A stretch of DNA of 49,772 nucleotides from a virus. Its lineage: Duplodnaviria; Caudoviricetes. Below, piece by piece: positions 15,299 through 24,546 of this stretch (positions are counted from its first letter, which is position 1; every line of letters starts with the position of its first letter). The stretch spans positions 1 through 49,772 of IMG/VR virus record IMGVR_UViG_3300025398_000029; one strand, given 5' to 3'. The translations under genes were made by a program, and so were the position numbers. The notes below the pieces were generated by a model. It made no database searches. It was not told the DNA's origin and saw only the letters and a list, made by a program, of their open reading frames with translations.

Positions 15299-15691
15299 TT
15301 GGAACGCAAGAAGCCCCTCGTTTCCCGAAAGGGATTAGAACGAGGGGCTTCTTTGCGTACAAACACGCCCTTAAAACAGAAAACGGGGCTAACAACGAAA
15401 AAATCGCTGTCGCCCCGGTCTAAAAAAACAAAAGAACTTTACAAAGAGCGTTCTTCCTTTGTTGCTCAATTTCTTGATGCTCACCGAACGTGCCAAGCAC
15501 AATGGGACAATAACTGCTCAGGGCGCTCTGTAGACGTCCATGAGGTCCTCCCCCGTGGTGTTGGGGGTGCTATAGTAAGTGAAGACTTAGAACAGTTTAT
15601 GGCTGTGTGTCGCTACTGCCACACCATGATAACAGACAACCCAGCAGAAGCGCACAAAAGAGGATTTCGAAAATGGTCATGGGAAAAGTAA
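15299..15691 (+). CDS. HNH-like nuclease
   Basis: C......C.G...DVHE...RG.GG......MAVCR.CH, with a basic KxPL-repeat N-terminus. Confidence 0.8.
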   Translation: MERKKPLVSRKGLERGASLRTNTPLKQKTGLTTKKSLSPRSKKTKELYKERSSFVAQFLDAHRTCQAQWDNNCSGRSVDVHEVLPRGVGGAIVSEDLEQFMAVCRYCHTMITDNPAEAHKRGFRKWSWEK

Positions 15692-15843
15692 ATCACATTG
15701 TAGAAGTCGTTTTTGAAAAGGGCAAGTACCGTTCTTCTTGCACTTGCCGTTGGACCTCGAGCCACCCAAGTCGAACAAAGGCGCTGTCTTCTTCGCATCT
15801 TCATGTTTCAGATTCGTTGGGCGCCTATGACGCCAGAATTTGA
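15679..15843 (+). CDS. small CxC/HxH protein
   Basis: YRSSCTCRW....R..A....HLH fills the gap between HNH and WhiB. Confidence 0.5.
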   Translation: MGKVNHIVEVVFEKGKYRSSCTCRWTSSHPSRTKALSSSHLHVSDSLGAYDARI

Positions 15844-16150
15844 TTTCACAGAATACGAAATCTATCAATTTCTTAGCGTTCTAGCAGAAAGCCGTCCAGA
15901 CTTCTACAACTACGCGGCCTGCAAAAAGCAAGGCATTCAGCATTTTTTTCCGGGGCGGGGTAAGTCTTCGCTAGTTAAGAAGGCTATTGAAATCTGCCAG
16001 TATTGTCCAGTCCAGTACGAGTGTTTTGAGTACGCAATGAATACTCACACTGAAGATGGTGTTTGGGGCGGAAGTGCGCCCGAGCAACGAACCAAATGGA
16101 TACAGTCTAAAATTAGCGTAGAAGAAGCATGGCTAAATCTAAAACAATGA
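15827..16150 (+). CDS. whiB: WhiB family regulator (second copy)
   Basis: AAC......FFP..G......A..IC..CPV..EC.EYA......GVWGG....QR. Confidence 0.92.
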   Translation: MTPEFDFTEYEIYQFLSVLAESRPDFYNYAACKKQGIQHFFPGRGKSSLVKKAIEICQYCPVQYECFEYAMNTHTEDGVWGGSAPEQRTKWIQSKISVEEAWLNLKQ

Positions 16151-16390
16151 AGAAGGCGCTTCTTCTTCTTCTCGCCGCTTTTTTAGTTCTCTAAGTCGCT
16201 TGGGGTATGACGGGTCTTGCGTACACGTCATGTGCACTTCATCGTAATCAGCAAAAGTACCCTCTAACTGCTGAGGGCATAGGTCTCCGCAAACAATGCA
16301 GGGAATCCAAGAATACTTGTCGTTCCTGTTTCTGCGAAGATTGATTTGTCTTGCTACCTCAACGTTTTGAGGTGTTTCATTACGCTTCAT
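16139..16390 (-). CDS. small Zn-binding protein
   Basis: CIVCG...VH.TC motif. Confidence 0.6.
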   Translation of the reverse strand: MKRNETPQNVEVARQINLRRNRNDKYSWIPCIVCGDLCPQQLEGTFADYDEVHMTCTQDPSYPKRLRELKKRREEEEAPSSLF

Positions 16391-17379
16391 AAAATTTGTT
16401 GGTCACTCCATCCAAAGGGCCCACATCCGGTGCCGACCAACAATGTTAGCATACCTGGGGGACAGTTTACGCCAGCAGTGCTGGTAATCCAGTGAGAACC
16501 ACCGTCTGCGGCTGGAGCCATAAAGACCTGACGCCCCGTAGCACTTGATGCTACATAGTGGTGAAGGTGTCCACAGAATAGAATTTGCGCCTTAGCAACG
16601 GGCTGGTTGCCCATTACTTGACCCTGCCACCAAGACTCAATCTTGCCAATGCTGCCATTGGTCTTTACCCAGTTTTTATTGCTTCCATTGCGGAAAGAGT
16701 GACCGTGCGCAAATGCGCAAGTTACTCCGGCAATCTCAAGGGTCATGGTTAGGTCTTCGGCAATGGCGCCAAGGGGGATGTTCACGTTGGCGTAACGCTC
16801 TACGTTATGCTCAATGATTTCCGCAACACCGTCAAAGATTGCAAGGTCATCGTTGTCTGTCCAAGATGTGTACGCTTTTCCATAAGCATTCCGGTTCTCA
16901 CCGTGGTTGCCCGGAACGGCCCCTAGAACGACCCTGTAGCCCTCGTCAACAAGCAAGTCAACCATTCGCATTACCAAACGACGAGCGACCCGCATTTGCT
17001 CACGACGGTCGAGGTCGGTATTGGCGGTCTGCATGTCGTAGTGTCCCGAGCATTGCTCGATAAGGTCACCCAAACCCACAAGGTAAACCGTTGTTACGCC
17101 ACGCCCAAGTTTCTTTAGGTCACGCAAACGAAAAACAAGTCGGTCTTGAAAGGTAACAATGCGGTCAATGATTGCTTCACTGCCGCCCCCTTCCATTTTT
17201 CCCATTTGCCAATCGGCCAAAAGCGCAAGCATTGCTACTTCGCCTTCAGGGGCAACGGGCTTTGCAGGCTTCTTCTTTTCAATTGCCTTGCGTAATTCAG
17301 TTAGGTCTTCAAAATCAACTTCTATTGGCTCGAGTCTGTGTCGATAAAACTCTGTCAAATCAAGTTTATTTGAGGCCAT
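16387..17379 (-). CDS. calcineurin-like metallophosphoesterase / nuclease
   Basis: ADWQ.GK, GLGDLIE, GNHGE, AHGH, GH.HH. Confidence 0.88.
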   Translation of the reverse strand: MASNKLDLTEFYRHRLEPIEVDFEDLTELRKAIEKKKPAKPVAPEGEVAMLALLADWQMGKMEGGGSEAIIDRIVTFQDRLVFRLRDLKKLGRGVTTVYLVGLGDLIEQCSGHYDMQTANTDLDRREQMRVARRLVMRMVDLLVDEGYRVVLGAVPGNHGENRNAYGKAYTSWTDNDDLAIFDGVAEIIEHNVERYANVNIPLGAIAEDLTMTLEIAGVTCAFAHGHSFRNGSNKNWVKTNGSIGKIESWWQGQVMGNQPVAKAQILFCGHLHHYVASSATGRQVFMAPAADGGSHWITSTAGVNCPPGMLTLLVGTGCGPFGWSDQQIL

Positions 17380-17602
17380 AACAAATACATTCCTTTTTAC
17401 GGTGCCTAAGTAGGGCAGGATGCTTGGCGTCAAGGCCACGCTTTTGAATGAAACGAACAATAGATGCACCGTCAATTGTGGGCTCAATAAGGGCCGCTTC
17501 AACTTTTTCACGGTCATCTTTTTCAAGACGGGAAATAATTTGCCCAGCGATACAAGGCCGCTTTGGCTTCTCAAAAAATTCTGACAAATCTGCTTTAGGC
17601 AC
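17366..17602 (-). CDS. small Cys/His protein preceding the phosphoesterase
   Basis: C....RHR..EC.C motif, GAAAGGA RBS, GTG start. Confidence 0.7.
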   Translation of the reverse strand: MPKADLSEFFEKPKRPCIAGQIISRLEKDDREKVEAALIEPTIDGASIVRFIQKRGLDAKHPALLRHRKKECICYGLK

Positions 17603-17629
17603 TAATGGTTCCTTTCAGTAGTCGCCCGA

Positions 17630-17640
17630 ATTGTACCACA
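17630..17640 (-). promoter_or_regulatory. extended -10 promoter
   Basis: TGTGGTACAAT in the short intergenic gap. Confidence 0.55.
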
Positions 17641-17643
17641 GTG

Positions 17644-18111
17644 TTAGCCTAAGGGAAAGTTTTCTGGCTTAACAATTAGTTGATTGTCATTGCGCACTTT
17701 GGTTTTTGTGGTGTCTGCGTTTACAGAAACGGAAGGTTCGCCCATCCAAGAATAAATCCAAATCCCAGAAGAGTAAAGCCCAGAGTCAATAATGGCTTGA
17801 TAGGTTCCCGTTGCAGTTCGCACAATGGTGCTTGTGGGGTCTCCAGTGCCGTGCGTGTACGTATAGGTAAGCAGAGTGGTTGTGCCGTCATCGCCATTAA
17901 TTTGCACGCCCAGAAGCACAACGTCAGGGTCTACAATTGTTCCAGTGTATGAAGTAAAAGGAGTGCTTGTAAGGAGCACAATTTTAGTGCCCTTTGCGTA
18001 GATGTTTGCCGCAGTGTTTTTCACTATGTTGTCTCCAAATAATCCGTCGTTTGCAACAACAATTGCAGACGTGTCGGCACTTATAACGGTCTCCGGGCTT
18101 GGGGAACTCAT
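17644..18111 (-). CDS. probable virion beta-sandwich protein
   Basis: VDP..V......TYT.......I.R..TG.Y...I.....G.W.Y.W pattern, late operon. Confidence 0.55.
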   Translation of the reverse strand: MSSPSPETVISADTSAIVVANDGLFGDNIVKNTAANIYAKGTKIVLLTSTPFTSYTGTIVDPDVVLLGVQINGDDGTTTLLTYTYTHGTGDPTSTIVRTATGTYQAIIDSGLYSSGIWIYSWMGEPSVSVNADTTKTKVRNDNQLIVKPENFPLG

Positions 18112-18557
18112 TATTTATTCTCTTCCGTAACGGGGGAGATAAGTCCCCTAACGTATTTTTCTGCCTCAAAGTCACTTGCTGCGGCAACGTGAATGCCGCC
18201 TGCGCCACGGTGGTGCGCTTCGCAAAGCCACATAAGATTGTCTCCCGATTCAACCCAAGCACCAACAATTGATGGGTCACTTACTCCTGGGTAATCAACC
18301 TCGAGCCACTTGAGGTCAACGCCGTTTTGAAGGCTAAACTCAATGTGGGCATGATGCAACTCAAGCGGTTTCTCTAAGGAGCATTCACTAAAGTCTTTCC
18401 GGTGTGCGCCAATAGCACATACCGCCGTCGCTTTTGTGCGACGACGGTATGCGTTAAAGTCTTTGTAATGCGGGTCGTGCTCACGTGGTTCGTGATGCGG
18501 ATAATGAACCACGTAGTGATGCGTTACACCCTGGTCGTGAGCCGGGGTCTCAGGCAT
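18111..18557 (-). CDS. His-rich HNH-fold protein
   Basis: C...C..LELHH..IE...NL..LC..HHRG..GIH. Confidence 0.6.
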   Translation of the reverse strand: MPETPAHDQGVTHHYVVHYPHHEPREHDPHYKDFNAYRRRTKATAVCAIGAHRKDFSECSLEKPLELHHAHIEFSLQNGVDLKWLEVDYPGVSDPSIVGAWVESGDNLMWLCEAHHRGAGGIHVAAASDFEAEKYVRGLISPVTEENK

Positions 18558-18983
18558 CTAGAAAGAACCCTCAGTAAGTACGTTAACCGAAGAGATTGTG
18601 GCGCTGTTAGTCGTAGTCACCTTGATGTACCACTGCGAGGGAACTCGCACCGTAATGGCGTGGTTGTTTGCCGCGTTGCCCGCAGACGAAGGAATAACTA
18701 CGTTTGCACAAGCACTAGTTGGACCAAAAGCAACTTGAACTGTACCGCTTGTGGCACCGCCAATAAAGATGTAGTACGTGGCAAAACAAGCAGCGGTGTT
18801 TTGCACCGCCGTGCCAGACGTGAATGGAACACTGCTAGTAAATGCAGGCGCAAATCCACCTACTTGAGTATTGGTTGTTCCATTAAAGTGTTGAATAGAA
18901 CCTGTAGTGGTGTCAACAAATACAGGGTATGGAACAACAACATGATTTGGGGTGTTGCTAAAAAGAGCGTTGGAAGTTGTCAT
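18558..18983 (-). CDS. hypothetical virion-associated protein
   Basis: T/S/G-rich beta-strand protein in the late operon. Confidence 0.6.
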   Translation of the reverse strand: MTTSNALFSNTPNHVVVPYPVFVDTTTGSIQHFNGTTNTQVGGFAPAFTSSVPFTSGTAVQNTAACFATYYIFIGGATSGTVQVAFGPTSACANVVIPSSAGNAANNHAITVRVPSQWYIKVTTTNSATISSVNVLTEGSF

Positions 18984-18992
18984 AATTATTCC

Positions 18993-19511
18993 TTAATAAA
19001 TTTGTACGCCACCACCACCGAGAACGCCGTCGAACTCAGCAGGGGTAATGTCGAATGGGTCGGTTGGGCAATCCCAGGAGCCGTGCTCCCAAGACCGTGC
19101 TACAAGTGCGGAGCAGATAAGGGTGTCTGCGGTACGAATGTCAAAACGAAAAAATGCGGGCAAAACAATGTTGACGGCAATGCTAATAATGGTGAGCACA
19201 CCGTATTTAGTGCCCAATTGCCTGCGAGCGTAAGCGGTTGCCTCGTCGCGATTCACCGTGTCAGGGCAAGAAATTATTTTGACGTGACCACCGGGGGCAA
19301 CGTCTTGAATCTTTACGCGCTCGCATCGACGGGCCATTTGAATGCACCAAATGGTTCCATCGGCATCCACAAAATCAACAATGGCCATGTGGTTCCACGA
19401 ACGATACTTCCACCAACGGATAGCCTGGCCAAATCGAATCATGGCACCGTATTTGTTGTGCGTGTGTGCAAATACTGCATCACCCGGCTGAGGTTTATAA
19501 TTAGTTGTCAA
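18993..19511 (-). CDS. permuted papain-like NlpC/P60 (YiiX/YebB) hydrolase
   Basis: PGD, WNH.A.V, A....G..Y, LICSALVA..W, P..... Confidence 0.8.
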   Translation of the reverse strand: MTTNYKPQPGDAVFAHTHNKYGAMIRFGQAIRWWKYRSWNHMAIVDFVDADGTIWCIQMARRCERVKIQDVAPGGHVKIISCPDTVNRDEATAYARRQLGTKYGVLTIISIAVNIVLPAFFRFDIRTADTLICSALVARSWEHGSWDCPTDPFDITPAEFDGVLGGGGVQIY

Positions 19512-20235
19512 GATTTTTCAGGTCCTCTTGTAGCGTCAAAATGTTTACGTTCCATACGGGGCCGTGGTCCAATTCCGTAAATGCTTCGGGGATAACCACC
19601 CAGGCTTCAGAGCCGTAGGTTTCCCACCATTGCCACGTCATTGACTCCGTAGAGCCCCAAGTAATAATTTCAATACCCGCTTCGTTGCAACCCGTAGCCA
19701 CAACGCAGTGGCCTCCAGTTGGCTCTTCCGGCGGTTGGGAAACATCCCAGGGTTGGTGAGACTCAAATTGGTTTTCGGCGCTAGGAGGCATTTCAACGCC
19801 CAAGTAGACAGACCCAAACAAATAGATAGCGGCAGCCATTTCATTTTGATTTTTGATGTTGACGGGAGCGTACGCAGATATTTTTGTGTTGAACAATCCA
19901 TCTCTCATCCAAGTTTGTAGCACATCATGTTCGACAAGTCCGCCGTCAGCACCACCGGTCAATTTAAAATACTCATCTTTGACCGCCTCGTCTCCGGGGT
20001 ATTCAAAAGTTTCTCCAATTTCGGCGTATGCTAATTGAAGCATGTGAATAACACCAGCCAAGGTGCAGTCTCCATACGTATCATTGAGCGCCATTGGATA
20101 ATTTGCAACCCTAGAGGAATAATCAAAAGAACGAGGAGCAGGGGCAATTGTGCTTTTGACGTAATTTGACAAAGTTCCCATAGCGAGTTTTGCCGCTGGG
20201 CCCTTGCCTCTAAATCCTGCAACACGTGTGGCCAT
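19501..20235 (-). CDS. papain-like cysteine peptidase
   Basis: ND.YGDCT.A, D.G, GGHCV..TG, ITWG. Confidence 0.78.
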   Translation of the reverse strand: MATRVAGFRGKGPAAKLAMGTLSNYVKSTIAPAPRSFDYSSRVANYPMALNDTYGDCTLAGVIHMLQLAYAEIGETFEYPGDEAVKDEYFKLTGGADGGLVEHDVLQTWMRDGLFNTKISAYAPVNIKNQNEMAAAIYLFGSVYLGVEMPPSAENQFESHQPWDVSQPPEEPTGGHCVVATGCNEAGIEIITWGSTESMTWQWWETYGSEAWVVIPEAFTELDHGPVWNVNILTLQEDLKNLDN

Positions 20236-20237
20236 TG

Positions 20238-20537
20238 CTATCCTTCCGTGACGTTTTCATGCGACCATTTGGCTGCACGTTCGGTAGTGAATTTTCCGAC
20301 AATGCCGATTGGCAAAATACCCAACCATCCGGGCCAACCAAGATGAATTAGTTGTACGCCAGAAAAAGAAGCAAGAATAATGTTTACAATGTCACTAAGA
20401 CCATCCATATCACCAGCAAGTTTGTGTTTGCCCGGCGTGTTGATTGCTTTGGTCAAAATGGTGGCAAGTACGTCACGTACTACCATGCAAGCGCAGCCAA
20501 TAACTGAATAAAAAGCAACGGCTAACCAAACGTGCAT
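20238..20537 (-). CDS. membrane protein, putative holin
   Basis: 2-3 hydrophobic helices, in the lysis region. Confidence 0.55.
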   Translation of the reverse strand: MHVWLAVAFYSVIGCACMVVRDVLATILTKAINTPGKHKLAGDMDGLSDIVNIILASFSGVQLIHLGWPGWLGILPIGIVGKFTTERAAKWSHENVTEG

Positions 20538-20911
20538 TAAGCAATCTCCGATGTAGATGGGGCGCCAGCAACAAGTTGCTTAATTTCACTAAGCATTTCA
20601 GCGTGGTCTAGTGTTGTTTTGAGGTGAAACTCTTGCAACTCCGCAGAGATTTTGTCACTGCGTTTTGCGGCAATCAAAAGAACGGAACCTTGAAGTCCTG
20701 CAAGCATTGAAAGCGCAAGGTTTAACCGAAAAAACGGAGCAGGGTCAGAACCAAATCCGCCGCTGATAATCCAAAACGCCATCCCGGTCAGGAACGTCCC
20801 AAGAAATGTCCACGTTCCCATTCCCAGGCGCATTCTGTCGGCGGCTCGCTCCCCCAGTGTTCGGTCTTTGCCCGTGCGCACGCTCGGATGGAATTCCCAA
20901 TGCTTTGCCAT
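20537..20911 (-). CDS. DUF1003-like membrane protein
   Basis: RT.GER.AD....GMG.W.F, DP.PF..LNL.LS.LA.LQG..LLIAAKR.D. Confidence 0.8.
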   Translation of the reverse strand: MAKHWEFHPSVRTGKDRTLGERAADRMRLGMGTWTFLGTFLTGMAFWIISGGFGSDPAPFFRLNLALSMLAGLQGSVLLIAAKRSDKISAELQEFHLKTTLDHAEMLSEIKQLVAGAPSTSEIA

Positions 20912-21288
20912 TACTCATCTCCTAAGCCTTCGTGGTAACCAAAATGACGCTCTAAGGCTTTGTCGAGTTTTACAATGTATCGACGCAAATCGTCTTGTTG
21001 TTCTTCAATCTTGCGAAAACCCTTTTCAGTGTTTTCTTCTAAACGCCTTACAGCGTCTTTCATACTGCTCCCGCCGTTGTGAGTTGTTTCTTTGTAGATG
21101 TGCTCAACTTCTGAGGAGATTTTTTTAGTAAGGTCGTTTTCGACTTCCCTCCCGACAAGAGTGCTTACTTGCTTAATAAAACGACGATGCACAAATGTGA
21201 CTATCGCCCAAACTGTGCCTGCGGCAAAACCAATGGCTGCAATGTAGTTAAACCAAAAGTTTGAACCGTTAATAAAACTTGAATTCAT
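20911..21288 (-). CDS. TM + coiled-coil lysis-cassette protein (DUF2746-like)
   Basis: N-terminal TM, NGGSSMKDAV.R.E motif. Confidence 0.7.
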   Translation of the reverse strand: MNSSFINGSNFWFNYIAAIGFAAGTVWAIVTFVHRRFIKQVSTLVGREVENDLTKKISSEVEHIYKETTHNGGSSMKDAVRRLEENTEKGFRKIEEQQDDLRRYIVKLDKALERHFGYHEGLGDE

Positions 21289-21293
21289 AATCT

Positions 21294-21842
21294 TTATGCG
21301 GCAGGGGGAAGCCGAACTGGCTTGTTGTTAGCGGTAATGTTGCGGAGAAAAGTTTGTGGCTGGCGACCATCCGAGGGGAAGCCGCGTGAAGGAACCGTAG
21401 TGGGTGGATTTACCCAACAGTAACCAGGTCCGCCCTGTTGACCGTGGCTCACGGTAAGAATGTCGTTGCCGTGAATTTCCACGATTATTGCCACATGCCA
21501 GCCCGTGCCGGTTCCATAAACAACGTGGTCACCAATTTGTATTTGCTCAACTGGAATGTTTTTGCCATTTTTAATCCAAAGAGTCATGTGTTCTTCGTGG
21601 CTAAGAAATGTGCCCGTGTATCCTTCGTGGTCAAACCCAAGACCGTTGGGGTCATTTGCATTTGCCCACCATGCGTAAAGCGTGCAGGAACTCGAGCAGT
21701 CAGCGTTGACCGGGAACTTGATTGGCCATACACCAATAGCACTCATGCGGTCATTGCCTTCTGAGTAATTAAAGTGCTGGTGATTCTTTACTGCCCAGTG
21801 CGCCCAGGCGACTTCGGCATTGCGGTGGTCTACAATAGTCAT
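21294..21842 (-). CDS. NlpC/P60-type peptidoglycan peptidase (endolysin candidate)
   Basis: YS....R......P...DCSS, GYTGT, GD.VVYG...G.HVA, SHG. Confidence 0.8.
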   Translation of the reverse strand: MTIVDHRNAEVAWAHWAVKNHQHFNYSEGNDRMSAIGVWPIKFPVNADCSSSCTLYAWWANANDPNGLGFDHEGYTGTFLSHEEHMTLWIKNGKNIPVEQIQIGDHVVYGTGTGWHVAIIVEIHGNDILTVSHGQQGGPGYCWVNPPTTVPSRGFPSDGRQPQTFLRNITANNKPVRLPPAA

Positions 21843-21854
21843 TATTGTCCTTTA

Positions 21855-23267
21855 TTATTGGCTAACAAGAGATACGGCAAGGTAAGTGAGTCCATTACCA
21901 ATTGTCGTGGTTTGTGTGCTGCCGCTGTTTTGACGCGCTGCAATAAAAATTGCGTCACCAGCGTTTGCGTAAACAGTGTCGCTCAAAGAAACGGCAGTTC
22001 CAAGCGTGTTTGCGGGGGATTGAGATGTTCCCCATTGAGTGCCCGATGGGGAGGTTCCCGAAACCGAGCCAACCCAAATTTGAAGTTGAAAAATACCGCT
22101 ACTTGTGGCGTTGTAAAATGCTGAACCACTTACTTGATACCAACCGGCGGAAGGAACAGTAAGACCATATGTTGTTCCCGAAACGGAGTAAACAGTTATT
22201 CCGTTTTCAAGAAAGGTTCCAGTACCTGAAATTGTGTCAAAAACAATTGCAGTATTTGTGGTGCTTGGTACAGTTGTCTTTGACGTTGAGTTTGCTGTGT
22301 AAATACGTCCAGCAGGATTAGTATTTAAAATTTTTGTTGCATTGGTTAAGTCAATTGCGCTCGGCGTCCCCGCGGGACCTCCACTGTACAAAAGCGTTTG
22401 GCTTGAAGGAACAAAAGTGTTGTTTACCGAAGTAACGCTTGGGAGGGCGGTCACGTTGGCAGCCATTGCGCCTAAGTTTGTAAGTGCCGCAGCCGCTGTT
22501 GTGGCGTTTGTGCCGCCATTAGCAACCGGAAGCGTTCCAGTCACACCGGTTGTCAAGGGAAGGCCAATTGCGTAAGTGAGAGTTGCGCTTGAGGGCGTTC
22601 CCAAGTTTGGCCCAACCAAAGTGGGAGAGGTGGCAAGAACATTTGCGCCCGTGCCCGTTGGCGTGGTTACAGAGGCGCCAGTGCCACCATTTGCAGCCGG
22701 CAATGTACCCGTGGTAACGTGCGCAACTGATGTGACAGTAGGCGCTGATGCGGTTCCGGCAAGGTCTCCAGCGAGTTGTACAATTCCTTGCGTTGATGTA
22801 GTGGCGGCGGCAGAACTGGGAACAGACTGATACGTTGAGCCCGAGGCGCCAGAAGTAAGCACAAGGCCGCTAGTTGATGTGCCAGTAATAACGCTAACCC
22901 AAGCCGAACCATTGTAGTAAGAAATTGAAGGATTTGTGTAAGTGGTATTAATCCAAACTTGGCTAGGAAAGGCAACCGCTGGAGCCGTTGTCCCTACATA
23001 AACAGAATCAGCACCAAGGTTTACCCAAGAAGTTCCGTTGTAGTAGTTGAGTCCGTAGTTTGAGGACGTAGCAAGAGAGCACCACCAGAATTCACCACCC
23101 GTGCTGTTGACCGATGGGGTTGGGGCTGAGCCTGTTGTAGTGGTTGCCCAAAGGGGAATGTTGGTGTCAATAAAACTAGCAACAGCCTGAATGTCAGAGG
23201 CTACGTTAGCGGTGTCGCTCGAGAGCGGATAGGGCACCTGGGCCCGTGTGGTCTTTCCACTTGACAT
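21855..23267 (-). CDS. tail fibre protein
   Basis: Baseplate-anchor N-terminus (T......PYP...D), GxLPxANGGT repeats, C1q/BclA-like C-terminus. Confidence 0.8.
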   Translation of the reverse strand: MSSGKTTRAQVPYPLSSDTANVASDIQAVASFIDTNIPLWATTTTGSAPTPSVNSTGGEFWWCSLATSSNYGLNYYNGTSWVNLGADSVYVGTTAPAVAFPSQVWINTTYTNPSISYYNGSAWVSVITGTSTSGLVLTSGASGSTYQSVPSSAAATTSTQGIVQLAGDLAGTASAPTVTSVAHVTTGTLPAANGGTGASVTTPTGTGANVLATSPTLVGPNLGTPSSATLTYAIGLPLTTGVTGTLPVANGGTNATTAAAALTNLGAMAANVTALPSVTSVNNTFVPSSQTLLYSGGPAGTPSAIDLTNATKILNTNPAGRIYTANSTSKTTVPSTTNTAIVFDTISGTGTFLENGITVYSVSGTTYGLTVPSAGWYQVSGSAFYNATSSGIFQLQIWVGSVSGTSPSGTQWGTSQSPANTLGTAVSLSDTVYANAGDAIFIAARQNSGSTQTTTIGNGLTYLAVSLVSQ

Positions 23268-23269
23268 GG

Positions 23270-24544
23270 TTAGTAGCCTCCTATAAAGATTTGAATTCCG
23301 GCTGGCCGGTACCTGTAAACAAAGTTAACGTATGGCGAGTTATTGCTTGCTACGCTGCTGCCCTGAAGGTCAAAGTAAATATTACCAATACTTGCAAGGT
23401 AAGACTGAAGGGACGCATACGTTGAGGATGCCCCACCCGCGCTGTTCGTTAGGCTTTGATACGAGTATTGGGAAAAATAAACAGACGGCAACAAGATGGT
23501 CATGGCGGAAAAATTGTAAGAATACGGTTCTTTCAAAGTAACCGTTCCGTTTTGCCCTGTAACCGCCGTTCCAGTTGCCGAGTTAGTCACCGTGAATTGC
23601 GTTGAAGTTGCCGACGCAACTGTTGCGTTTGTAAGGTTGAACGCTGAGGTTGCAAGACCTGCAATAGATACAACCGAACCGGCAGACAATGAGTTTGCGC
23701 ACGTGTACGTTACCGTTGTCCCATTTGCGGAAGCCGCCGTAACCGTATATGAAGTAGTTTGCGTGTTTTCCAACACAATAACTTGCGATTCAGACAATGG
23801 CGTAACTGTGTTTACCAACTGAGCGTTTATAACTTGAATCAATTGCTGAACAATGGCGCTCGAGGTTGCCCGATTAAAACCGCTCAAAGATTCAATGTGT
23901 TGAATCATTTGCTGTCGGTTCATTGTTGAGTTTGTAGGGATTGAAGAACCTACAAATTGAGCAAGCCAAGGCAACGCATAGTTAGGGCAACGTTGAATAT
24001 CTATTAGTTGCGACCAACCGCTTGCGCCGGCCCAGTCTTTCAGATAAACACTTCCATCTGCACCAGTGCTAGCAGGCCAACTCAATCCGTTTCCACCCGT
24101 GGGGTAGTTACGAGTTACACCGGAAATTGTTATAACAGGGGCAAGCCAGTCATAGGTTCCGGCAGGAATCAAAATAGTTTCAACTGTTCCCAACAAAGAG
24201 TTGACTAGTTGAACTTGAAAAGAAGTTGCCGGAACTGTAGTAAAAACATTCCATGTTGCGTCTGTGCCAAAAATGTTAATTGTTGTGTCGCTTGGAGCAA
24301 TTGGGGAGGCAATTTGAGCGTCAGTAATTTTGTACGTAGCGTAATTGCCAATGTTTGCTTCAACGTGAATACCTTGCCCTACGTTGTTGCGAGTAAGAAT
24401 ATCTAGTTGGTCTAACTGAGAAGCGGCACCATAAATGAAATACCAAAGCGGGTACCCATTGGCCGCATCTTGGTCTTGAATAAACTGAGGTACGGTGTTA
24501 TAGATTGATTGAGTGTTGTAACTATTCGGTAGGGTTACCGTCAT
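23270..24544 (-). CDS. baseplate wedge, P2 gpI-like, with inserted domains
   Basis: P.FI..QD...GYPL, CP..ALPWLAQFVG, RPAGI C-terminus. Follows gpJ. Confidence 0.8.
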   Translation of the reverse strand: MTVTLPNSYNTQSIYNTVPQFIQDQDAANGYPLWYFIYGAASQLDQLDILTRNNVGQGIHVEANIGNYATYKITDAQIASPIAPSDTTINIFGTDATWNVFTTVPATSFQVQLVNSLLGTVETILIPAGTYDWLAPVITISGVTRNYPTGGNGLSWPASTGADGSVYLKDWAGASGWSQLIDIQRCPNYALPWLAQFVGSSIPTNSTMNRQQMIQHIESLSGFNRATSSAIVQQLIQVINAQLVNTVTPLSESQVIVLENTQTTSYTVTAASANGTTVTYTCANSLSAGSVVSIAGLATSAFNLTNATVASATSTQFTVTNSATGTAVTGQNGTVTLKEPYSYNFSAMTILLPSVYFSQYSYQSLTNSAGGASSTYASLQSYLASIGNIYFDLQGSSVASNNSPYVNFVYRYRPAGIQIFIGGY

Positions 24545-24546
24545 AA

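Noticed and set aside
18402-19580. 392-aa plus-strand ORF
   Set aside because: Antisense shadow of three well-supported minus-strand genes; no recognisable motifs.
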